Positions 38,875 through 52,234 of a stretch of DNA of 64,000 bases are shown piece by piece. A program made the translations under genes and the position numbers. The stretch is taken from assembly GCF_009834535.1 (NCBI RefSeq), contig NC_045696.1, forward strand, positions 77,068,001 through 77,132,000, read 5' to 3'. The stretch's first letter is position 1. Every line of letters begins with the position of its first letter. The stretch comes from Camelus ferus (Eukaryota). Under the pieces are notes generated by a model. The model had not been told where the DNA came from. It did no database searches and saw only the letters and a list, made by a program, of their open reading frames with translations.

Positions 38875-39559
38875 ACAACTGTCGTGGATAAAATGTCCCT
38901 TGAAAGTAACATATTCCTGGGCCAATTTTGTATATTTTCCCTACCCTCTTGGCCCAGGTTGCTGAGTTAGAACAGAACACTGGGCTCAGACACTTGGGAC
39001 ATAGTTTTCCTTTCTCTCTCACTATCACTTGCCCCAACAGCCTCCCACTGTGTGGATAGTAGCTGCACTTCCAGAGAAAGCCAAACCCTAAGGGAAGGGC
39101 ACACACGACGTCAGTGGCTGTCTTTTACCTGTGCTTGCTTTGGTCTTTAGGTGTCTCCTGATTCTACCATTTCAATTTTAGAAATTTTTGTTTGTGATAA
39201 TGTCCCCTGGGAGAAACCAAGAAAAAAAAGGAAGGTGTCTGCCTTTATATGGAGAGTAGCTACCAGAATCGCATTACAATTTTCTCCTTTTGATGAAAGT
39301 ATAAAAATTGCTCTGATTGTGTTTTAGGATAATATATGCTTTAGTTTAAAACTGACAGTAAATCAAACATAACTTTGTCCAGTTTAGCATGACTTGACTG
39401 CATGAATTTTTAGGGTTTTTTTTTTTTAACTTATGATAAGATAGCTGAGTTCATGATAACAGAACCCCACACCTGTATTTAGGGCTTAAGCAGAAATCAG
39501 TCTAGAACTTTGATTGTAGAAGATCTCTTTTCTAATACTTGATACTTGGTTCTGCTCTG

Positions 39560-39862
39560 GTATTTGGCACATGGGAGATTATACTTCTCTTTACCCTTGA
39601 AATCAGGCCTGCTGAGTTGACTTGCTCTGTTAAAGAAGTCATCACTTTTGTCGCATCTTGGTGGAAACACTTAACTATTTAGGTGCCACATTCCAGTCTG
39701 CTGCTACTGCTGTCGTGATTTTCTAGATGAGAAGGATGTCATTGGTCTGGCGCAGTGAGGGTGGCAGAGGTCAGAAACGCCCACCGATACCCAGAGGGTG
39801 TATACTGAGCAAGCTTCTTTAAAAGTTATCACAACATAGACTAATCTGTCCTGGCGACTACA
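39560..39862 (+). mobile_element. Degraded MaLR LTR (MLT1J-like)
   Basis: GATTATACTTCTCTTTACCCTTGAAATCAGG...GACTTGCTCTG...CAACATAGACTAATCTGTCCTG. Confidence 0.55.
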
Positions 39863-40554
39863 CTGATACGAAGTTAGAGAACACAGAACAGATTGACGCA
39901 GATCTGCCTGGAGTAGGTAGAAGACTGTAAGACTGTGGATCCTGGCCAGGGGTCAGGGTTATACCTCTGGGTTGCTAAGATGATGCCTCCAGACCCAACA
40001 TGAGTATAATTACTTCCCCTGTAAGAACAAGCAAAGCAGGTGGAAGTAAGCCCTTAGAGCTACCAGGTTGGGGTTCATGATGGCTAGTTGGCCAGCTCCT
40101 TCAAACTTGAGAGTGAACACCTGGATAATGAAAGTATCTTTCTTTGCGACCTGGGGAAGAAAACTAAATATGGACAATTTGTATCAATTTCTACTGTTTA
40201 TTTCTTTGTCCACAAAACCCCATCACTGGGTCCTACTTTCTTTTTTAAGTTCTTGGAATCATTTGTTAGTTTGAACTATCCATGAAGAGGGCTTATGTAC
40301 TTAGTCTTTAAATTCTTACATGTGTTTGGAAGCAATTCCAGACATACCCTAACTCTTTTTGGGGAGAGATCCTGGCTGTGATATTTATTAGCTTCATATA
40401 CCTGAATATGCTACTTACTCTCTGTAATCATCTGTGTCCTTTTTTCCCTTTCTTTGTTTCTCCCATTTGTTTAAATGCCTCATGCTATTGTTATAATTAG
40501 TATGCGGGAAACATACAAAGGGCTCATCGAAGTTTTGCCTGTTTCATCCTTGGG

Positions 40555-40719
40555 TTCCTTTCCTCCTCTTCCATCTCATTCCCCTTCTCTCTTCTCCCCT
40601 TATCCTTCTGCCCCTTGTCCCCTTTCTATCCCTCTTCCCCTCTTCCCTCCTCTTTCTTTTCCTTGTTCTAAACACAGGACCATTGGTCCAGGTCTTTTTT
40701 TTTTTTTTTTTTTTTTTTT
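40555..40719. repeat. Polypyrimidine low-complexity tract plus a T25 run
   Basis: CT-rich from 40555 to 40665; poly(T) at 40695-40719. Confidence 0.9.
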
Positions 40720-41499
40720 AATGAACGTATTTTGTACTTTCCCTGAATTTTTTACAGATCCTTTTCACTTTGATCAATCTTTGCCAATTCTTTCTTCAGA
40801 AATTGTTAGTATTTATCTCCAAGAAATATCTTCTGATGCAACCTTAACTCATTAAGTTCACTTTTTTTTCACATCATAATCCCTCTTTTCAAATTCTCTG
40901 AGATATAACTGTGTAAGTGCTAAAGTGTTTTTGAAAGCATTTGATTTAAAGTTCTTTAATTGCAGGGCTGTCTCTTGCATTTTGTTTTATGTTAAAAATA
41001 TACCAAAAATCACCTTTTTGGGGGTAAACAATGCAAAATCATTATGAGAATAAAGAGAAACAAAAAGTAGAAATCCTCATGATCTGAACACAATCTTTGT
41101 TTCATTTGTTCTACATTGTTCCAGAAATCTTTTAACACATACATACTATGAGAAGGACTAATATAAAGACACTTACTAAATAATACAACTATGCAATCTT
41201 AATGAGAACACAATTTAAATGTACTAGAATGTTTCAGAATAAAAACCCCAGTGTAATTAGAATCATTGCAAAAATTTATATATTTTTCTTCACAAGAGAT
41301 ATTGCCTAAAAGAGTCTTCTGATATGAAAAAATACTGTGCTATGAAAAAAAATACTGTTAAGGAAAATTCAGAGGTTAGAATCAAGTTTTTAAAACTGTT
41401 TCAACGTAACTCTGTATCAGTTGACTCCCTGTTATAAAAGATAGATCCTTACAATTCTATTCTCTTCTCTGTATCTGCAATTTTATTTGTTTTATTACA

Positions 41500-43190
41500 T
41501 GCTCCTGGTATACAAAAGTATATTCTGTAACCATATCCTCACAGTAGTTTCCTATTGTATCTATGTTTAATTGTATTTGGTACTCAGCTGCATTTATTAT
41601 TCTTGATTTTGGCTGTTTCATTTCCAGGTAGTTTTTCCAAGAAGGGCTCATGGGTACTGTGTTCTCTGGGTTCCTTCCTACTGCCTTTATATTTGCACAG
41701 TGGCTTTGCTCCCTATGATATCATTGGTTTCTTTTACTCCCTGTAGACTTAGTCTGTTATTCTTTGTTACAGTAGATGAGTCTGAGACCAAACTATATTT
41801 CTCCCTTTCCATGTGACTTGTTTTTTTCCCCTGGATACAGGGAGGACTCTTCATTTGTCCTTAAAATTATTAACCAGGATGTATCTCGATGTTGGACAAC
41901 CTATTCCAGATTTCCCCCAAACCTCGTATATTTCCGAATTCAGATTTCATTATCGTTGCTTCTTGCACGGAAATTTTTTTGATAATACATATTTTAATTT
42001 TTCCATTCTGTTTGTTGCATTCTTGACTTTGGAGATACCATTTATTATTAGGTTGGCTTGTACTTGTCTGTCCTTTGTGTCTATTAACTTTTAACTATCA
42101 ATTTAATCTCTGTATTTTTATCTGCTTTCACTGAAAGTTTCTCAGGCCCTTCCTTTGTGGTATCAGTTGATTTTCAGCCATGTCTATGTTTCAATATATT
42201 TATTACTTTTTACATAATTTGATCCTCAATATCATATATGTATGTAGGTTAGTAATCTCTCATCTCCTTTAGAAAAATCTCATGGTATAAGATTATTTTT
42301 GAATTCCTGTTGGTTCTGTTTATAGTCATAAAAAATTGTTCTGCAGCTTTTCTTCCCTGTGTTGAGGGGATATATTTTCTTCTAGCTTGAATTTTTATGA
42401 TACAAAAGAATTCCCTTTTCCTTTTACTGCAATACTTTCGTTTAGTTGCCATGTGAATTCTGTCATCTTGGTTTTGCTTGAGTGGTTCTGTGCAAGGCTT
42501 TTGTTCTGTCTGGTGTAGTGTCTCACTGTCTTTGAGAATTGCGTCTTTTCTCCTTCAACAATAGTTTGAAGACTGGGCCTTTCATATGCCTCCTCTTTTC
42601 CTGTAGCCTGGAGAATTGTCAGGGGAAGGAGGGGAACTCAAATGTGGAAGTACCCAGACTGATTCCGGCTACACTTTTTGGAAAGTCTACGAAATGTATC
42701 CGATGACGTTTCACTTCTTTTGGTTGGGAGGTTGAGAGTTTCGTTCCCATGGGGGAACAGGCAGATCTCAGCCGATTGTGCCAGGCCAGTGTGCTGTCCT
42801 AGGGGCTTTATTGCTGTCAGTCAGCCCTGTTGTCACTTTGCTGATTTATCTACTTTCCCGAACAAGTGTTCCATTACTTCTGAGTCAGAATTGGAACAAA
42901 GACACTGCTCATGCAGTTTGCCTTTTTTTGTATTTGAGAATTTAACTAAGAGTTCCCAGGAATTTTGCCCCATCGTGTTGAATGGTGCTTCTTTCCTCTG
43001 TGCAAAATCTTTGCTTCTTTGACTATGAGTTTTGAAGTTTGGGGGCATAGACAATGTTCCTTTCTTTGGTTGCTACCAGGTAATTTTTTTTTCCTTCTTT
43101 GAATGATTCTTTTGTTTGTTTGCTATTTTGTTAGTTACGAGAAATGGAGAATGCTTATTCAGCCCTATTCTGCTATTTTAACATAGACTT
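41500..43190 (-). mobile_element. Ancient HAL1/L1M-type element, degraded
   Basis: GTAGTTTTTCCAAGAAGGGCTCATGGGTACTGTGTTCTCTG and a T-rich body resemble the reverse HAL1. Confidence 0.6.
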
Positions 43191-43289
43191 CCCCTCATAT
43201 TTAAATTTTATAATCCTGCATGGTGAGACTCAGTGTCCTTGCGATGTGACACCTCAGTAACCCCAGCGATTTTGCTGCGAAAATAGCAC

Positions 43290-43495
43290 CGAGCAGATTT
43301 GAGTTGGAGTCTTCTCTGTCACTTACTAGCTGTGTGACTTTACCTAAGTTAGTCTTCCTCTTTGAATCTGATGCCTCATTACCACAACGTGGGCGATAGC
43401 GGTGATGGCAATAGCTCTGTCACCGCGTGTTTATGTGGCGCAGAATAGAGAACCTCTGTGCAAGTGACAGGTATGCAGAAACACTCAGTCTCTGT
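43290..43495 (+). mobile_element. MIR
   Basis: CTCTGTCACTTACTAGCTGTGTGACTTTACCTAAGTTAGTCTT. Confidence 0.8.
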
Positions 43496-44239
43496 AGTTT
43501 GAACGCCTTTTGGTATTTCACCAGAGCCATACTAAAATATCGACATGTGCTTTTAGAGGTGGTTAAAATTAAATTTTAAATATTTTTGCTACATTATGGT
43601 GTTTTTCATATATTTGTTATAAAAAGCAAAACTTATAGAATAATATGAAATACAGCAATTAAAATCTCAGGCTCTATTTTGATAGACAGTTGAAAGTTGC
43701 TTCAAATTCATCAGTAATGGTCTTTTTCTTTTCTTTCCCCTTCTGTAGCATGTAGGCCCTGTGAATTTAGTGGCTAGCTTTGTTCTCTGTGGGAAATTGC
43801 AATGTCTGTATTTGGCATCTTCCCCTTTGCCTCATCTTCCTCAGATAAGTAACGCAAAGCAGCGGGGTTTGTGCGAGTGTGGAAGTCTCTCCTGCCCTGG
43901 AAAGCAAGTCCGTCAGGTGTGTTTTCTGTGAGAAATAGCAAGTGTGCAGTGGAGGGAAGTGGAATTCAACAGGGCTTTATCCAGTGTCACCTCCCTGGAC
44001 TGACACGTTCAAAAAACGATTTTTAAAAAATGCTTCTGTATCTGCAGCTCTGAGTAGGAGTGCTAGGCGCTGTGCCTGGTGGGCAGGATGTGGATGGTGG
44101 CCCCAGGGCCAGCCTGCCAGCTCTGGCCTGAGCAGAGCTGCCTTGCTCTGGTTTATGGTTTTCACCCTCAGAACTGTGAAAGTTTCTCACGCTGCTCTGC
44201 ATTAACCTTCACATGCAAGAGTGCTGTTTGAAAAATAAT

Positions 44240-44470
44240 AATAAAGTTTAAATGAGAACTGTCATTTACTGAACAACTGTTGTGAACTGTGCTGGGATGT
44301 TTACATCTGTTTTCTCAGGCATTCCTGGCAACACCTCTGCCAGAAGAGTATGACCTCCTCCCCGACCCCCGCCCGCCCCATAGCGATGAGGAAAATGATC
44401 CCGGAATGGTCAAATAGCTTCCCACGATCTAGCCTCTAAGTGACAGCCAGCTCTGTTGCTCAGCTGTCAA
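44240..44470 (-). mobile_element. MIR
   Basis: CATTTACTGAACAACTG...GATGAGGAAAATGA...GGTCAAATAGCTTCCCACGATC. Confidence 0.65.
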
Positions 44471-44589
44471 TGGCCCTCAAGAATGTAGGTGTCGGTTTCT
44501 CAGATTATAAAGTTCTTGTTTTCCATTATTCTATATTGCTTCCCAGAAATCTCAATTACCAAGAAGTTATTTTCTTCATTCCATGTCTT

Positions 44590-44730
44590 ACCAGCATTAT
44601 TGAGATTTAATTTACATATCAAAGTTTCACCCATTTAAAATGTATCATTCAGTAGTTTTTAGTATATTTACAGAGTTGGCCAACCATCACCTAATTTTAG
44701 GGCATTTCCATCACATCAAAATGAAACTTT
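44590..44730 (-). mobile_element. L1MB-like 3' end fragment
   Basis: ATTGAGATTTAATTTACATA...TTCACCCATTTAAAATGTA...TTTTTAGTATATTTACAGAGTTG. Confidence 0.8.
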
Positions 44731-45124
44731 AGAGAATAAAGATGCAAACTGCAAAAGCCAGAAAAAAAAAAAATCAAAGACTGATTTTTATTGCGTACTC
44801 AATAGACATTCAGGTGTGGTTATATCTTCTTCTATCATGGGATCCCTGATATTTGAAATGACGACCCCACTGGTGTGTCATGCAATTAGGTTTATGGTTT
44901 GGCTCTTCACCTTCTCTTTCCAGACTTAACTCGTACTGGCTTTCCCTCTCTCAGCTCCAACCATGCACTCTGATGATACCAGCCATCTGCAGTTCTTCTA
45001 GTATATACGACCCGTCTCTGCTGCTCCCTTCCTGGAGATTTCAGCTAATTGATATCCTCTTCCCAGGAATCTTCTGTCTGTTGTCTATTCCCTTTCCACC
45101 AGACTTTCCCATTTTGCTGATGAT

Positions 45125-45325
45125 CATTATAATAATAAAGGATATTTATTTATTTATTTCCCAAGTATGTGATGCATACTTTACATTTATCTTTTTTATT
45201 CACTACAACATCCCTATATGGTGGAAACTGTTACTTTATTTTTTAATAAATGAACGAAAATGATCTTGAAGATCCCAAGATGACAGCTATTAAATGCAAA
45301 AGCATTGGGATTCCTGTATCTGACC
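45125..45325 (-). mobile_element. MIR
   Basis: CACTACAACATCCCTATATGGT...CCCAAGATGACAGCTA. Confidence 0.55.
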
Positions 45326-46729
45326 AGAAAATGGGTAGTCAACCCCAGAGCAATAAATCTCCTACCTGAATTGATTGGAATTATAATTATTTCTGTGCAA
45401 ATCTGAATTTCTGACTAAGATGTGGACCAAAGCAGAAAATTTAGAGCAGATGTTCTAAACTGGAATCATTTGCAAAGAAGCCACTAGGGCATTTGGTACT
45501 ACTGATGGCTTGTCTCTGTACTGATCCACACAATTGCTTCACCTTGGCTTTGAGACTGTCCTTCTCCAAGGCTTCTCCAGGTCTCTGCACAAGAGTTGCA
45601 TATGCCTTCTGCTGCTCTAAAACTCTTGGAAAGAAAAGGCTGTCCTATTTACATGCCAATCCTGCAGCAAGGCTCTGAGCAGGATGTCTGCTGTCAGCTC
45701 AGTCCTAAAGGATTGAGCTCTAGGCCTGGCCCTGTGAATGTGCTAAGCAATGCAAGTCTTTACTTTCTTTACTGTGTTAATGGAAGTAACACAGTACAGA
45801 CCTGTGACCTGGATAACTTGGCAAGGGAAGTGTGGCTGTCAAGTCCTTGTCACAAAGACAAGACTACCTGACATTTTACAGAATTAACTCATTCATTCCT
45901 CACAACAGCCCAATTAATTAGGTACTCTTGTTATATCTAATAGGTGAGAAAACAGACTTGGAAAGGACAGAACCAGGTGAATTCCTAGGTCTATCTGATA
46001 CCACAAGTGGTACTCTTAATCAGTTCAATATGGTGCAAAAACTGAGTCATCCATCTATGTATATACACACACGTATTATATATATATTTAGCATGTTTTG
46101 TTCCATTGTCTAATGTAGTGAAAATGGTCATATTGTGAGTATTACAATGTTGACACAAAGAATGAAGGCATTAATTTTAGAATACTTGACATTAATTTAA
46201 CAAAAATAAATGTTTTAATACACTCTTAAATAGAACTATTTTATGAGGTAGATACACAATTGACAACAAGGGGCCAGGTGAAGTTTTGTCTTTCCTTGAG
46301 TATTTAAATCTAATTTATTATCTAATTTTATTAGTCAAGCTAAAGCATCTGCATAATTAAATAAAAAGTACATGACTTTCTTTGTGGAGACTATAAAACC
46401 TTTTATAACTGCTTTCAAGCATTTAATTTTTATTTAATTGGAATTGCTGTGCAACTAAATGTCTTTTCTAGTGTTAAATGTCTTTCCCTGGTTATAGAAT
46501 GTGATGTGCTTTCCTATGAATTTTTAGAATTTCTAAGTCTGTCTGCAGAGACAAATCTGTATGTGCATTTATATATGTATATATATATATATGAATTTGA
46601 AGTTTGAAAAGTATATTAATGTCCAAGGTTGATAACCTCTTATCTTTCTTTCAGTTATGCTAATTTTCTTCTAAGAGTTTAAATAGAAGATTTTAGGTAT
46701 CCTACTTTTTTTCTTTTTTTGTTTCTTTT

Positions 46730-47000
46730 AAATAAACTTTATTTTTAGAGTAGGCTACGATTTATGAAAAAAATTAGTAGTTTCCGTATACCCCACACCC
46801 AGTTTCCTCTATTGGTAACATCTGACATTACTGTGGTGCACTGGTTGTAATTAATAGACCAATATTGATACATTACAACTGGGAGAATTGGGAGTCCATG
46901 CTTCAGTTAGATTTTCTTAGTTTTCACCTAATGTCCTGTTTTTGCTCCAGGATCCCATCCAGGAGCACGCATTACGTTTAGTCATCACGTCTTACTCAGC
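46730..47000 (-). mobile_element. Old L1 3' end (L1MC-like)
   Basis: AAACTTTATTTTTAGAGTAGG...CCCAGTTTCCTCTATTGGTAACATC...CCAGGATCCCATCCAGG. Confidence 0.8.
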
Positions 47001-47299
47001 TGCTCTTGTATCTGCTTCTCAAAGCAGAATCAAGGAGAAGCTCCTGCATGGTTCCTGTGGTAAATTAGCCTTGCCCACATCCATTCTTTGCCTCCTGGAT
47101 CCATGCACAACTAAACGTTTAATATTCAAGACCATTCTTCTTGATGCTGGTCTTTGTAAGATCAGAAAATAATGAGAAAGAACAGTACTCTAACACTTGA
47201 AAATCCATCCACACTTCACTGATCCAGTGAGGTAGTGTGTGTGGAGCCTTCCAAAGTCCCAGTCTCCTGTGTTTTTTCCCTGGTGATAGAAGTGGGGGT

Positions 47300-47731
47300 G
47301 CTCCCTTGGTGTCTGGATCCCCCAAGTTTCTTTTTCCAGTATGAGTGGCTATGTGACTCAAGTTTAGCCAACGATGTAAGAGAAAAATATTGGGTAGGGT
47401 TGCCAGGCAAGTTTATATAATGCACAGACTCACACCTGGCATCTCGTTTGGCCCTTTGTTCTTTGCTCTGCTGCATAATTCCTATGTGGAATGTCACAAA
47501 TGGTTCTGGTGAGTAAAAGTATAGAGGCTGTCTTAACATCCTGTAGATGAAAGCTGAAATCTAAATTGGAATAAGAAGACAGGAGGAGCATTGTCCCTTT
47601 TTGACATTTTTGCTGCTTGTACAATGGCAAACAGCCTACCTCCAGAATTTTTGTGTTAAACAAATAATTATTTATTTATTTTAGTACCAGTCTTTGACTG
47701 TTGCCAGTCATATACAGTCCTAGCTGATACT
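47300..47731 (+). mobile_element. Degraded ERVL LTR (LTR16/33-like)
   Basis: GTGGCTATGTGACTCAAGTTTAGCCAACGATGTAAG...GCCTACCTCCAGAATTTTTG...TCCTAGCTGATAC. Confidence 0.55.
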
Positions 47732-48029
47732 GTAGTTTCAGTCTTTGGCACAATGCCTGATACGGATACTCCTGCATTTTAGTAGATTGTAGTAGATATT
47801 ATTATGAAGCCATCTACCAGTTCAGAAAAATTAAAACTACCAAACAAAATATAAACACCCAGAATATATTAAAATTTAGTCTTTATTAATAACACATATT
47901 TACATGAAATATTTGTGCACAAAATGAACAAGGTGGATCATTAGCCCTTTCCTAGACATGTTACCAAATTGGTTCCCCCTAAGATGGGGAACTAGGTTAT
48001 GCCATCTGTCTCACTACTTCTATTTATTT

Positions 48030-49480
48030 AGCATTTTTTGAAGATTATAAATACTATCAATTAAAATATTTTCTGATTGTTACTAGTATATAGAAATAAA
48101 CTTGATTTTTAAGTATCAACCTTGTGTCTACTGACCTTGCTAAATTTACTGATCGATTCTAGTAGTTTATCTATAAATTTTGTTGAATTTTCTATCTATA
48201 TGATTGTTCTTGTTACCTATGTAAAATAACAATATTACTGTCTCTGTTTAAATCCCTATGCTTTTTTTTTTTTTTTTTTGCCTTAATGTCCTGGCTAGGA
48301 TCTCAAATACAATGTTGAATAGAAATAGTGATAGCCAAGATTTCCAAGTTTGATTCCAGAACTCAGATATTTTTCAACATTTCACATTACATATAATATT
48401 GCTATATATTTTGCTGGATACCCTTTAATAGGAAACACGTTTCTTTCTATTTTATTAACATGCTAAAAGTTTTTAATTTGGATAAGTATTAATATGTATT
48501 TTTTGCATTTATTAGGGTGATCATATATTTTACCCTCATTCTGTAAATGTGACATCATAGATTGATTTTTGAATTTTAAGCCAAATTTGCATTCCTGTAA
48601 TAAACTTAATTTGGCTTATATCCTTTACATAAATTGGAACTTAATTTGTTATATTCAGTTTAGTAATTTTGCATCAGTATTTGTGTCATTGTTTTGTGAT
48701 TTTCTTTTCTATTATATTCTCATCTTTATATATTAAAGTTAAGATGGCCTTCTGTAATAAATTGGAAATGTTTTCTCTTTTTAAATTTCTAGAATGTTTT
48801 GGATCAAATCTATTTTTCCCTTAAATGCTTGACAGAATTTACCAGTAATGCTGTATGGACCTGTAGTTATCCTTCTGGAAAATTGCTAAAATATAGATTA
48901 AATTTATTATAAGATATAAAACTAATCATATTTTCTATTTCTACTTGAAATCTGTCCATTTAATCCCAATATCATACTTTTGACAAAGTTACTCAAAATA
49001 TATTTTTTATTACCATTTTAATTTTTGTAGATCCTATAGTAATGTGTCCTCTTTCATTCTTGAGTTTGGTAATTTGTGTTTTTGTTCTTTATTTCTTCAT
49101 CAGTTTACTAGAAATTTATTTTATTCATTTTTAGCATCTAATTCTTGCACTTGTTAATTTTCTCCATTGTATGTCTAGTTTTTGCTTCATTGATTTAAAA
49201 AAAATTTTTTGGTTCTTGAGATAGAAGTTTGGATAATTGATTTTCAGCCTTACTCCTTTAAAAAATTTGTGTAGTTAAGGCTACATAAACATTGCATTTT
49301 ATAACTGGAAATATGTCATATTTTCAAAATATTCTCTAATCATCCATTTAAATTTTTCTTTGGCCCAAATGATATTGATACTTTATTCATTTAAAATGAT
49401 CCAATTATCTTTTGTTATGTGTTTCTTGACCAATTTTATTGTGGTAAGAAAACATACTTTATACATGCATTTTTCCTGCT
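48030..49480 (-). mobile_element. Ancient L1 ORF2-region fragment (L1M-type)
   Basis: CTAGTATATAGAAAT...GACCTTGCTAAATT...GGCTAGGATCTCAAATACAATGTTGAATAG...TAGAATGTTTTGG. Confidence 0.75.
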
Positions 49481-52009
49481 TATTCTATCAATTACATAGA
49501 GAGGATGCTCTTTATTCCTATGGCAGAATCTTTCAGGGATCTTAATGGACAGCCAGTTTCACTCTCCCCTTCGGTGAAACTTGAATGACAATATTTGTCT
49601 TCTAAGAACTGTGAAATTACAGAAACCTCTGCTTATTTTTATAGCCCTGTAGCAGCTGCTTTCTGCTTCGTCTTGGCATTTCATACTGTATATGCACAGC
49701 TGGGAACTGGCAAATACCTTGAGGGGAAGTTGCGTGCGGAACATTGAGCTCATTTCTCTGAGGTTCCTTTTTCCCCGGAACTTGGGATGTCAGCTCTCCA
49801 AATCCTGGGTGCCTTGATTGCTCTACAGTTTGTTCAAACCACAGTTTTTAATCAACCCAACTTTTAGAGTTGTTTTCAATCCCAGGGTAGGTCTGATACC
49901 AGTACTGTACGGTAGTTCCTGTACCTTACTAATTTTAACCAGATTGTAAGCCTTCTTGAGGGGTGAATGCTGTTTTAAAAGTCTCCTTAAGTCTAGTACT
50001 TTGGTAAACATATTACATATTTTATTGATGTATAAAAAAGAATAATTTTTTACTTTGCCTCTCAATCACGAAAACCCCAATGCCACCAAAGGATAGTGGA
50101 ATGGAATAAATTAATGTTTTGTAATTGGGAATCGCTGGATGCTTAATTGAAGTTTTACATTACAAAGCATGTGCCTTAGCCAAGTTATTTAACAGGGCTT
50201 TGCACAAAAAGATGATAACATTTTGCAATGTTTGCATGAAAATTGAGTGAGGTAATACACAGTTAATGCTCTTTGTTCTTTTGTTGATTTCTTTGACTCT
50301 CCACTCAGCTTAGGAACACACGTTTTGACTGCAGTGGCCGAGGCAGCATTTACATTTTCTAGGTAATAACAAGAACAACGATTTAGGTACTTGTACAAGT
50401 TTTAACTTTACAGATTTAGTGATAGCTGGGACCCAAATGACAGGGAAGCTGGTATGTCTATGGAATCTTCCAATACAGCTTTAATTTCACGGCGCACTCC
50501 AGGGACTCGGGAATAAACCTGAAAGCACAACCCAGCAGAAAAAGAAGTCTCTGTTTTGCCTCAGAGTTAGTGAAGAATTCAGTCCTGTGAAAAATGGAAC
50601 TAAAGTTCAAACACTCCCTTAAGCCTGTGCACGGTACCATTTTCTCTTCTTGAATCAAACGGCTCTATGTCAAAAAGGAGAAATGCTTCGGAGAGCTGCC
50701 CCCACATAGTTCAGCTTCTTTTGATCCAGCAAGGAGACATTGTAACCTCAGAAAGACTAAGACTGGATGGCAAGTCCCAAAGACCTGAGTGGAGGTCAAG
50801 CCTGTCATCGAAATAGACACAGTTCTTGCCCATCAGCTTATGCGGCAGATAAGTGTTACATCTGGGAGATGAAGGCTTGCTGTTTATCTTATCTCTGAAA
50901 TCAGTTTTATTCCCTTTATGTAATTTATCATTAACTTCTCCATATTGATGCTTTTGAAAATATGCTTCCCCTAGGCTGTGAAAGCAGAATCTTCAGGGCT
51001 TTAAAAAGGTTTTGTTCTTGTGAAAATAATCTTAGGAGTGATGTAAATATAGCACTTGAAAAAAGCTAAAATAATATATATGAGAAGTCAAGTATCACAG
51101 GGCATTCATCTCTCTTCCTTTGTGGATTGAAGTTAAATTTCAGACATGAATAGAAAAAAAAACGTAAATAAACTTTTTCCACACTAAGTAAGGGGATAAA
51201 ATGTTCTGTAGCATCGTCAAGATTCTCCCAATTTAGATTAGTGCAGGAAGTACTGACGTTTAATTGAAATGTTGATATTAAAATTTTCTCAAATAAAAAA
51301 GGAATAGTTTTAGAGAAAGTGAGGAGAAAAACAACCCTTGCCTGGGAAATATCGTTTAGTCTTCATGATCCTCTGTAGCAGATTAAAGTCTCCCTAAGAG
51401 GAGTTTAATTTTCCTCTAGTTACCAATTTAAGTGACTGAACAACCTGAGATAGACACAGTAGACTTTGAAAAACTAGTCAATCATGTGGTTAACTTTTCT
51501 GTGTTCTTCCGAAAGAAGCAATGGGAGGAGACTTACAGACTAGTTTTACTGCTTTCACATTTTCTAGCTTCTAAAATAGAAGTTTTTATTTTCCTGTATT
51601 CTTGGAACTACCTAACTTCCCAACAAGGGAAACCATGCGTGGAAAACCTCCATTTGTTTTTTGTCTCCATGCAAAGACCCCTAAATCTGACCCTGGAATA
51701 TTTTCCATTCATCAAAAGATTCAGCAAGCAGTCCATATTGGAAGTATGCATCTGATATTGATTAAAATGTAAAAAATAATTAAATGCACCATTATATAGA
51801 TAGGATTGTAGTGTGGACCATACTTTCTGAAGCAGAATCCATACAAGCTCTGAAAAAATAGGTACTTGACGCGATAGCTCTTGACCATTTCATTTGTTTT
51901 TTTGTTTCTGTGTACCCTTAGGTATTAGAAGTTTGCCAAATCTTCAACTTATGAAAAATATGCAGTGGCTTGTATTTTATGATTATGAATTTCTCCCTAA
52001 CTCTGACTC

Positions 52010-52232
52010 TTTTTTCACGCTCTTCCTCTTATAAGGACCCTTGTATTACATTGGGCCTACTGAGATCACCCAGGGCAATCTCACCAGCTAAAGGTCAGCT
52101 AACTGTTAACTTAATTTGATACACAGCCTTAATTCCCTTTTGCCACATAACCTAACGTATTCTCAGGTTCTGGAGATGAAGATGTGGACATTTTTGGGGT
52201 GAGCGGGGTGCTTGATTTTTTTGATCACACCA
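52010..52232 (-). mobile_element. MaLR LTR fragment (MLT1D-like)
   Basis: CTCTTATAAGGACCCTTGTATTACATTGGGCC...CTTAATTCCCTTTTGCCACATAACCTAAC...TTCTCAGGTTCTGG. Confidence 0.8.
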
Positions 52233-52234
52233 GT

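Noticed and set aside
41323..41358. Short tandem duplication TATGAAAAAATACTGT (similar ones at 1490 and 24745)
   Set aside because: Ordinary slippage duplications; no spacer or array structure, so nothing CRISPR-like.
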